This document shows, piece after piece, positions 15,541 to 22,446 of a stretch of 22,446 nt of DNA (position 1 is the stretch's first letter; every line of letters starts with the position of its first letter). Source of the DNA: an uncultured bacterium (GTDB taxonomy: Bacteria > Bacillota_I > Bacilli_A > RF39 > UBA660); contig CASDWO010000074.1 of the NCBI GenBank assembly GCA_949284575.1, positions 1 to 22,446 of the forward strand, read 5' to 3'. The notes below the pieces were generated by a model. That model worked only from the letters and a program-made list of their open reading frames with translations, searched no databases and was not told the DNA's origin. A program made the position numbers and the translations under genes.

Positions 15541-16782
15541 TTATTTTTTATCTTTATTTAAGTTCTTATATAAATTATATGGTAATGGACTAATGATAAA
15601 TTCAAATTCTCCTATATATTCGGTAATTAAAGCATTAAAGCCTAATTTCATTTCATTAAGACCACTATATTTGGTTATCTTTGTAAATTCACCACTTACG
15701 GCATTAAGATTTATATATTTAAAATTCTTATTTTTGTAGTCATTTATCATTTTCCATTTGATAAGATAGTTTGAGTTGAGAGTTTTGAAATTTTGATCAA
15801 ATCCCTCTATTATTAGATAACAAACATTATCATAGCAAAGATTTAGAGAAGTTCCAACAATTAGTCCTTCAGGATTTTCTTTTAATAGATTAGTGGCCCA
15901 AACAAGATTTTTTTTATAAATATTTACTAATTTGTCGGATTCCATTTTTTCATTAATTAGTCTTTTTTTCATATTAATATTAGTAGTACTTTGTATTTTA
16001 TTAGCTAGATCATTGTTGATTTCTAATTCTTTTTCATATTGTAATCTACTAGTAATAACAAAAGTTTCGGTATTTAGTTTAGCAAAGTATAGATCTATAT
16101 TATTTTCAAAGTTATTATAAAACTCTATATAATAATTTAAAGGTTTATCATACTTCTTTTTAATTAGTTCATAAAATATTTTTAAATCTTCTTTATTGCC
16201 TTTATATATTTCTATACCACTTCTAATAGCTTTTTTAATTTTATGTCTTACTCTTTTTTCAAAACTTTGATATATATCTTTAATATCATCGTTTAAAGTA
16301 ATAAGTGCTTCGAATCTTGGCTTTTTACTTTCAAAGAAAAGATTTGGTCCTAAATAATTATAACCTGTAGCTTTTAAATTTTCTAATGATATATTCGCTT
16401 CATTGTTAATATTTATTATTTTGCCATCTTTATTTCTAATATTAACTGGAAGATATGGATCAATAGTAATAGAGATAAAACCTTGTTTACCTAAGAGTTT
16501 TTTTAGTCTTGTAGTAAATTCTTTTAAATTATTAATATTGGTATAGTCGAAAAGAAAGCCTCTTGGGGCATAGGCAATTTTATAATTCATGAATACTTCT
16601 TTATATAAAAGTAGGGAAGCTCCTAATAATTTTTCATTATCATCTATTATACCGATATAATGAATATCATAACCGTAATTTTTTATAATATTACCATAAG
16701 CAGATGATTGATAATAATTACGGTATTTATGATTACTTGCAAATTTGTCAAAATCTAATTCATTTAAGGTTATTATCTTCAT
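15541..16782 (-). CDS. FemAB-family peptidoglycan interpeptide-bridge aminoacyltransferase
   Basis: 413 aa. The layout and motifs resemble FemX/FemA/MurM: N-terminal FxQSxxYG (YQSSAYGNI), YAPRGFL, a central coiled-coil insertion, and a C-terminal GxxxFKxGF-like MKLGFNA. Confidence 0.7.
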   Translation of the reverse strand: MKIITLNELDFDKFASNHKYRNYYQSSAYGNIIKNYGYDIHYIGIIDDNEKLLGASLLLYKEVFMNYKIAYAPRGFLFDYTNINNLKEFTTRLKKLLGKQGFISITIDPYLPVNIRNKDGKIININNEANISLENLKATGYNYLGPNLFFESKKPRFEALITLNDDIKDIYQSFEKRVRHKIKKAIRSGIEIYKGNKEDLKIFYELIKKKYDKPLNYYIEFYNNFENNIDLYFAKLNTETFVITSRLQYEKELEINNDLANKIQSTTNINMKKRLINEKMESDKLVNIYKKNLVWATNLLKENPEGLIVGTSLNLCYDNVCYLIIEGFDQNFKTLNSNYLIKWKMINDYKNKNFKYINLNAVSGEFTKITKYSGLNEMKLGFNALITEYIGEFEFIISPLPYNLYKNLNKDKK

Positions 16783-16889
16783 ATGACACCACTTTCTTTT
16801 ATTAAATTATATCAATATATTTAATAGTTTTCAATTAGAGGGTTTAAATATTTTTGTGATTTAGTATAATATTATTAAGGAAATGGGGA

Positions 16890-18251
16890 ATGGATATGTT
16901 TACTTTAAAAAAAATATTAATACTGGGAATGGCTCGTAGTGGATATGAAGTAGCGAAGTATTTAAGTAAATATAATAATACTATTATTTTAAATGATGGA
17001 GGAAGTCGTGATAGGCAAGATGAAAATAAAGTATTAGAGTTAGAAAAGCTTGGAGTTAGTTTAATTTTTGATAGTCATCCTGATGATTTGCTTGATGATA
17101 GTTTTGATTATATTATTAAAAATCCTGGGATTAGGAATGATCATAAGTATGTAGTTAAGGCAAAAGAATTAGGAATTCCTGTTATTAATGAAGCAGAGAT
17201 GGCTTATAGATTGTTACCAAATGATGTTACATTAATTGGTATTACTGGTACTAATGGGAAGACTACTACGACAACTCTTACTTATGAGATGATTAAAAAA
17301 AGTGGTAAAAGAGTTCATTTAGCGGGGAATATTGGTTATCCTTTATGTAGTTTTTTAGATAAACTAGAGAGTGGCGATATTATTGTGATGGAAGTATCTT
17401 GTCAACAGTTAGCTAATATGGATAAGTTTAATCCTCATATTGCCTTAATGACTAATTTATCAGAAGCTCATATAGATTTCTTTGGTAGTTATGATGAATA
17501 TAAAAAGGTTAAACTTAAACTTTTTGCAAATCAAACTGAGGATGATGTAGCGATATTAAATATAGAAAACGATGATGTTATGAAGGGAACTACTGATATT
17601 AAGAGCAATTCCAAGTACTTTTCTTCTAAGAGGGCGATAAATGGAGCATACTTTATTGATAATAAGCTTTATTACTATGATGAATTTATTATGAATCGTG
17701 ATGAATTCTTACTTAAAGGTAATCATAATGTTGAGAATGCTTTAGGAGCAATGATGATAGCGAAAGAAGTGGGAGTTGATAATGAGTCTATAGTTTCTGT
17801 TTTAAAGACTTTTACTGGGGTTAGACATAGATTAGAATTTATAGATAAAGTTAATGGTGTAGATTATTATAACGATACAGAAGCTACTAATACTAAGTGT
17901 ACTACTATTGCTTTATCATCATTTGATAAGAATGTTATTTTAATACTTGGAGGACTTGAACGGGGACAAGATTTTCATGATTTAGATAATTTTATTAGTC
18001 CAGTTAAAGAAATTGTTGGTATTGGAGAGTGCCGTGATAGAGTTAAAGAATATGGAGAGAGTGTTGGTATTAAGACTAAGACTTTTGAAAAATTAGTTGA
18101 TGCGATGAATTATATTAATAGTGTTGTAGATAGTGGAGATACAGTGTTACTTAGTCCTGCATCGGCATCATGGGATCAATATAAACAATGTGAGGATAGA
18201 GGGGATGAATTTAGAGATATAGTTAGGAGTTTTAAAGATAATGAAAAATAG
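16890..18251 (+). CDS. murD: UDP-N-acetylmuramoyl-L-alanine--D-glutamate ligase
   Basis: 453 aa: N-terminal Rossmann GMARSG, Mur ligase P-loop GITGTNGKTTTTTL, LKGNHNVENALGA, NDTEATN, SPASASWDQY. Confidence 0.92.
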   Translation: MDMFTLKKILILGMARSGYEVAKYLSKYNNTIILNDGGSRDRQDENKVLELEKLGVSLIFDSHPDDLLDDSFDYIIKNPGIRNDHKYVVKAKELGIPVINEAEMAYRLLPNDVTLIGITGTNGKTTTTTLTYEMIKKSGKRVHLAGNIGYPLCSFLDKLESGDIIVMEVSCQQLANMDKFNPHIALMTNLSEAHIDFFGSYDEYKKVKLKLFANQTEDDVAILNIENDDVMKGTTDIKSNSKYFSSKRAINGAYFIDNKLYYYDEFIMNRDEFLLKGNHNVENALGAMMIAKEVGVDNESIVSVLKTFTGVRHRLEFIDKVNGVDYYNDTEATNTKCTTIALSSFDKNVILILGGLERGQDFHDLDNFISPVKEIVGIGECRDRVKEYGESVGIKTKTFEKLVDAMNYINSVVDSGDTVLLSPASASWDQYKQCEDRGDEFRDIVRSFKDNEK

Positions 18252-18786
18252 TATAAATAGTGCAAAAATAGGAAATAAAGAGTTGATTAATTTAATTATT
18301 TATAGCTTAGATGAAAATAATGTAGATAAATTAGAGGATACTTTATCAATAATACATGATATTATTTTGGAATATAAGGTGTTATGTGAGCATTTAAGAA
18401 AAGATTATGTTGTAGGAGATTTAGATACATTTAAAATGGCATCTTGTATGTTGGTTGCTATTAATAGACATGGTTTTACTGAAGATAGTTTTGTTAATGC
18501 TTCTATAGCGGTAGATACAGCATATAAAATGTGTGAGAAACCTTGTAAAAATGTAAAGGATACTACAATTAAATTGGAAGAAGTTGATTTTAAAGAAGTA
18601 TTTAAAGATGATATGGAATTTTATCATAATACTAAAAATATGTTAATTAATTCTTTAATTAATGAGAAAGGTACTTCTTTGATTTACTTTTTAAATTTAG
18701 AACAATTTTATAATGTTGCTTTAGAAAGAAAATATCAATATATTAATACTTCTATTTGTAAAAAACATAGAAAAAGAAAACATTAA
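18241..18786 (+). CDS. hypothetical protein
   Basis: 181 aa. It overlaps the murD stop by 11 nt, and AGGAG at 18225-18229 precedes it. No recognisable domain. Confidence 0.45.
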   Translation: MKNSINSAKIGNKELINLIIYSLDENNVDKLEDTLSIIHDIILEYKVLCEHLRKDYVVGDLDTFKMASCMLVAINRHGFTEDSFVNASIAVDTAYKMCEKPCKNVKDTTIKLEEVDFKEVFKDDMEFYHNTKNMLINSLINEKGTSLIYFLNLEQFYNVALERKYQYINTSICKKHRKRKH

Positions 18787-18983
18787 TTGAAGTTTAGGAG
18801 ATTATTTTTATGAAGCTTATGTTGTTGTCGCAGATGAAGAAGACACAACTACTATTGTTTCTGTGAGAATGGTTTCTACTATATCAATGAGGGAGTTTAA
18901 AAATGTGAAGCAAAATGCAAAAAAATATTAAAAATGTTTCACATATTGTGATATTTGATATGTTTAAGAAAGGTGTGGTATTT

Positions 18984-19925
18984 ATGAATGACAATGTCGA
19001 GATAATGAATACTTTACATTATAAGCATAATTTAGAGGAACATCTTAATAATATGATTTGTGGTTCTGTTGAAGTTAGAGAAAAAGATGCAAAGAAATAT
19101 ATTTATGTACACTATAGAGAGCTTGGTAGAAATGTATCTAAGTATGTAGGGGAATATAGTGATGATCTTTATAATTTGATTTTAAATAATAATCTAAAGT
19201 CTAAAGAGTTAAAGAAAGAAATAAAGACTTTAGAGAAAAAGTTAAAGGAGTTAAATTATCAAGAGAGTGAACTTAGTGATGAAGTTAAACTTAATATAGA
19301 TTTTGCTAAAAGAAGTTTGGTAGATTCTATTTATAATCAAGCGATGTTAGAAGGCGTAGTTACTACTTATGAAAATGTAAATAATATTTTAAACAGCGGT
19401 CAAGTAAATGGAATGACTTCTACTGATATTATGAAAGTTGTTAATTTAAAACATGCTTGGGAGTTTGTTTTAGATGAAAATGTTATTATAGCAGAAGAGA
19501 GCTTTTCTTTCTTATCGCAAATTAACAAGTTGGTTCTTGAAGGCTTTTATTATAATGCAGGTAAAGTTAGAAGTAATACTGCTAAAATAGGTGGAACTAG
19601 TTGGATGCCTAGTATTCCTATAGAAAGTCAGGTAGTAGAGGAGCTTAATGACCTTTTAAAAAGTAAATTAGATGATATTAGTCTTGCTATAGAATTATTA
19701 TTATATGTTATGAAAAGACAGATATTTATTGATGGTAATAAGAGAACTGCTATTATTCTTGCTAATCATCATTTGGTATCAAGAGGATTAGGCATTATCT
19801 CTATTCCGAGTGATTCAGTCGAAGATTATAAGAAGATGTTAATTATGTATTATGAAGGAAAAGATACTGATAATATTAAGAAGTTTTTAAGAGATAAATG
19901 TTATATTAGTTTGAAAGGATGGTAA
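18984..19925 (+). CDS. Fic/Doc-family protein with a degenerate active-site motif
   Basis: Fic-like N-terminal region (SIYNQAMLEGVVTTYENV...NLKHAWEFV) and the motif QIFIDGNKRTAIILANHHL, i.e. a Doc-like xFxDGNKR in which Gln replaces the His. The ORF track starts at 18915. ATG 18984 follows AAAGGTG and is the likelier start. Confidence 0.55.
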   Translation: MNDNVEIMNTLHYKHNLEEHLNNMICGSVEVREKDAKKYIYVHYRELGRNVSKYVGEYSDDLYNLILNNNLKSKELKKEIKTLEKKLKELNYQESELSDEVKLNIDFAKRSLVDSIYNQAMLEGVVTTYENVNNILNSGQVNGMTSTDIMKVVNLKHAWEFVLDENVIIAEESFSFLSQINKLVLEGFYYNAGKVRSNTAKIGGTSWMPSIPIESQVVEELNDLLKSKLDDISLAIELLLYVMKRQIFIDGNKRTAIILANHHLVSRGLGIISIPSDSVEDYKKMLIMYYEGKDTDNIKKFLRDKCYISLKGW

Positions 19926-19927
19926 CA

Positions 19928-20365
19928 ATGAAGAAAAATATAGAGGTAGAAAAAAAGATGTGCTTGATATATCCATTTAATCCTAATACTACTGTAGTTG
20001 CTGACTGTCAAAGAGATTTGTATTTAGCATCATTATTAGGAGTAAAAAACGTAAAGTTTTATCCTATATATAGAGATATGAAAGATTCTACTATTAATAA
20101 AAGTTTTGATATAGTTGATAAATTAGTTAGCACTTCTTTTGAATTAGATTATGAAGAAGCATTACCACATGGTTTCTTTAAAGGATTAGAGGGATTTTCT
20201 CCTAAGATATTCTATTATAATGAAGAGAAAAGAATGTATGATGCTCAGATTAGTCTAGATGAGTATATTGCTAGTAATTCTAGTACTTTAGAAAATAGAG
20301 AAAATGTAGGAAAAAGATTAATTAAAAGAAAAAATAATACAGTAAATAGTGAAACAGTGATATAA
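19928..20365 (+). CDS. hypothetical protein, coupled to the Fic/Doc-like gene
   Basis: About 145 aa. Its start abuts or overlaps the upstream stop (ATGGTAACAATG). No recognisable domain. Confidence 0.4.
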   Translation: MKKNIEVEKKMCLIYPFNPNTTVVADCQRDLYLASLLGVKNVKFYPIYRDMKDSTINKSFDIVDKLVSTSFELDYEEALPHGFFKGLEGFSPKIFYYNEEKRMYDAQISLDEYIASNSSTLENRENVGKRLIKRKNNTVNSETVI

Positions 20366-20391
20366 TATAGTTGTTTGGAAAGGATGATTTT

Positions 20392-21621
20392 ATGAATATT
20401 AAAAATATTATAGGAAGAGAAATATTAGATTCAAGAGGTAACCCTACTGTTGAAGTAGATGTAATATTAGATAATGGTATTATGGGTAGGGCTTGTGTAC
20501 CTAGTGGAGCTTCTACAGGAGAGCGAGAAGCTTTAGAAATGAGAGATGGAGATAAGAGTAGATTTAATGGTAAGGGAGTATTAAATGCTGTTAATAATGT
20601 TAATACTATCTTACGTGATAATCTAATTGGAATGGATGTTACTAAACAAAAAGAGATAGATTATAAAATGCTAGAGTTAGATGGTACTAAAACTAAGAGT
20701 AAGTTAGGTGCTAATGCTATACTTGGTGTTTCTATGGCTTGTTTAAAGGCTGCTGCGAAAGCTAATGGTAAAGAGTTATATGAATATGTTGGAGATGGTA
20801 AGACTTTACCTGTTCCTATGATGAATATAATAAACGGAGGTGCTCATGCTGATAACTCATTAGATTTTCAAGAGTATATGATTATTCCTCAAAGAGATAC
20901 TATTCATGAGCGAGTTAGAGTAGGTGCTGAAGTGTTCCATAGTCTTAAAAATGTATTAAAAGAAAAGGGATATGCTACTAGTGTAGGAGATGAAGGTGGT
21001 TTTGCACCTAACTTAAAAACTAATAAAGAGGGATTTGAGTTAATTACTGAAGCGGTTAGACGTGCTGGATATGAGCCTGGAAAAGATGTTTGTTATGCAA
21101 TTGATGTTGCAGCAAGCGAGTTTTATAGTGATGGTAAATATAATCTTGTAGGAGAAGGTAAAGTACTTAGTACTGATGAGTTAATTAAATACTATGAAGA
21201 TTTAGTTAATACTTATCCAATAATTTCAATAGAAGATCCTGTTGATGAGAATGACTTTCAAGGATTTAGTAAAGTAACAGAGTTACTTGGAGATAGAATT
21301 CAACTTGTAGGTGATGATTTATTTGTTACTAATAAAGAATGCTTACAAAAAGGTATCGATAATAAAGCTGGTAATGCAATACTATTAAAAGTAAATCAAA
21401 TTGGTACTATTACTGAAACACTTGAAACTATTGAGCTTGCTAAAGCACATAATTATAAGACTATTATTTCTCATAGAAGTGGTGAGACTGAAGATACTAC
21501 TATAGCAGATCTTGCTGTTGGACTTGATTTAGGTCAAATTAAAACTGGTTCTATGTCTAGAACAGATAGAATATGTAAATATAATCAGTTAATGAGAATA
21601 GAAGAAGAGCTTAGTAAATAG
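20392..21621 (+). CDS. eno: enolase (phosphopyruvate hydratase)
   Basis: Starts [24 protein letters not shown]. Also contains [49 protein letters not shown] and [12 protein letters not shown] 20392 follows GGAAAGGA; the ORF-track TTG at 20371 is unlikely to be the start. Confidence 0.97.
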   Translation: MNIKNIIGREILDSRGNPTVEVDVILDNGIMGRACVPSGASTGEREALEMRDGDKSRFNGKGVLNAVNNVNTILRDNLIGMDVTKQKEIDYKMLELDGTKTKSKLGANAILGVSMACLKAAAKANGKELYEYVGDGKTLPVPMMNIINGGAHADNSLDFQEYMIIPQRDTIHERVRVGAEVFHSLKNVLKEKGYATSVGDEGGFAPNLKTNKEGFELITEAVRRAGYEPGKDVCYAIDVAASEFYSDGKYNLVGEGKVLSTDELIKYYEDLVNTYPIISIEDPVDENDFQGFSKVTELLGDRIQLVGDDLFVTNKECLQKGIDNKAGNAILLKVNQIGTITETLETIELAKAHNYKTIISHRSGETEDTTIADLAVGLDLGQIKTGSMSRTDRICKYNQLMRIEEELSK

Positions 21622-21637
21622 GCTCTTTTGCTTTTTT
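21605..21637 (+). terminator. weak intrinsic terminator after eno
   Basis: AAGAGC (21605-21610), 11-nt loop, GCTCTT (21622-21627), then TTGCTTTTTT. It overlaps the eno stop. Confidence 0.35.
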
Positions 21638-21681
21638 GACTAAGTTGTAGTATAATATAGCAAGTTTTAGTGGTGATAGTT

Positions 21682-22446
21682 ATGAAAAAGTATAATAATA
21701 TAAAAAAATCAGTTATTTTTAATAATGGGAATACTTGTATAGATAATATTTTTGAATTAGAAAAAGTTGGATCTGGTCATGATGGTATTGTTTTTAGATT
21801 TAATAATTTAGCTTTAAAACTTTTAAAATATGATATTACTTTGCGTAAAGATAAATCTTTAATGACTTATGATAAAGCGATTACTTTTATGAATAAATTA
21901 TATGTAAAAAGAACTGCTAAACCTTTAGAGTGTATGTTTGATGAAGATGGGGTATTTTGTGGGATTGTAATGGATTATATTTTTGATGTTACTAATAGTA
22001 AGAATTTATTTCTTAGAAAAGATAGTGGTGATTTTACTTGTAGTGAATTAATTGAATGTACATATGATTTATATGATGATTTTTCTAGTTTTACAGAAAA
22101 TAAAATATTAGTTAAAGACTTGAATAGAGGTAGTTATATTTATTCTTATGATTATGTTCATTTGTGTGATATGGATAAGTTTAAAATTTTAAATACATCT
22201 TGTTATAATATTTATGATAATAATATTAATAAATTTAATTTTTATATAGCAAAGTTGTTATATTTTGAAATGATTAAAGATAAGAGTTTAAATAAAGAGG
22301 ATTTAAGACAATTATCTAAATGGGTAAGACATGTATCTAATGGAAGAAACTTTATTCCAAACTTAGAAAAATTTATTGGAACTTCATATGATACTAAAAT
22401 AGGTGATTTTTCTAGATCTATGTGTAAAAGTATATTACATAAATAA
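21682..22446 (+). CDS. putative protein-kinase-like fold protein
   Basis: About 254 aa. It has a Gly-rich-loop-like VGSGHDGIVF, then ALKLLK (a VAIK-like Lys), VKDLNRGSYIY (a catalytic-loop-like D..N) and CDMDKF (DFG-like). The assignment comes from motif order only. The stop codon is the last triplet of the window. Confidence 0.4.
   Translation: MKKYNNIKKSVIFNNGNTCIDNIFELEKVGSGHDGIVFRFNNLALKLLKYDITLRKDKSLMTYDKAITFMNKLYVKRTAKPLECMFDEDGVFCGIVMDYIFDVTNSKNLFLRKDSGDFTCSELIECTYDLYDDFSSFTENKILVKDLNRGSYIYSYDYVHLCDMDKFKILNTSCYNIYDNNINKFNFYIAKLLYFEMIKDKSLNKEDLRQLSKWVRHVSNGRNFIPNLEKFIGTSYDTKIGDFSRSMCKSILHK

Noticed and set aside
15932-16120. 62-aa ORF antisense to the FemAB-family gene, and 18421-18627 (-) antisense to the 18241 ORF
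   Set aside because: They are embedded antisense in longer ORFs, are hydrophobic and low-complexity from AT-rich sequence, and have no start context.
18810-18866. 18-codon micro-ORF (MKLMLLSQMKKTQLLLFL) with AGGAG at 18796-18800 in the gap before the Fic-like gene
   Set aside because: The start context is good, but the ORF is too short to support without conservation or expression data. It could be a leader peptide or chance, so it is not called as a feature.

Overview
This is a strongly AT-rich bacterial chromosomal window that uses the standard genetic code: long intact ORFs, Trp encoded as TGG, and no sign of in-frame TGA read-through in the housekeeping genes. The housekeeping content is clpP, a udk-family kinase, the str operon (rpsL-rpsG-fusA-tuf), a FemAB-type transferase, murD and eno. 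That content suggests a cell-walled, low-GC Bacillota-like organism; this is an inference.

The outstanding feature is a diversity-generating retroelement (DGR) at 2790-9993. It comprises:
- a membrane-anchored target protein whose C-terminus is an FGE/C-type-lectin-like fold ending in a variable region (VR, 4532-4645);
- an Avd gene (8588-8944);
- a DGR-type reverse transcriptase (8929-9993; IGNYTSQ and YMDD motifs).

In place of the usual single template repeat, the ~4 kb ORF-free gap between target and avd holds 11 further VR/TR-like cassettes (C2-C12, about 320 bp period). Each cassette is bounded by the same two GC-rich blocks, GCGCGGCGGT and CGTTCCGCCTCGTGAT. Each has a hypervariable 66-81 nt core that (C3-C12) stays open in the RGG...SFRLV frame and is rich in Asn AAY codons. 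Each is followed by a conserved spacer with several helices, some of which show compensatory base changes.

The VR in the gene currently carries in-frame TGA-TAA plus a frameshift at a T10 tract. It has a near-identical intergenic twin, C2. I read this as a candidate multi-template or silent-cassette DGR, which I do not recognise as a described architecture. It needs long-read and population-level confirmation.

The rest of the window is ordinary. Minor oddities are a Pro-to-Ile change in the conserved KDLPGVRYH motif of S12, and a Fic/Doc-like protein whose motif His is replaced by Gln.
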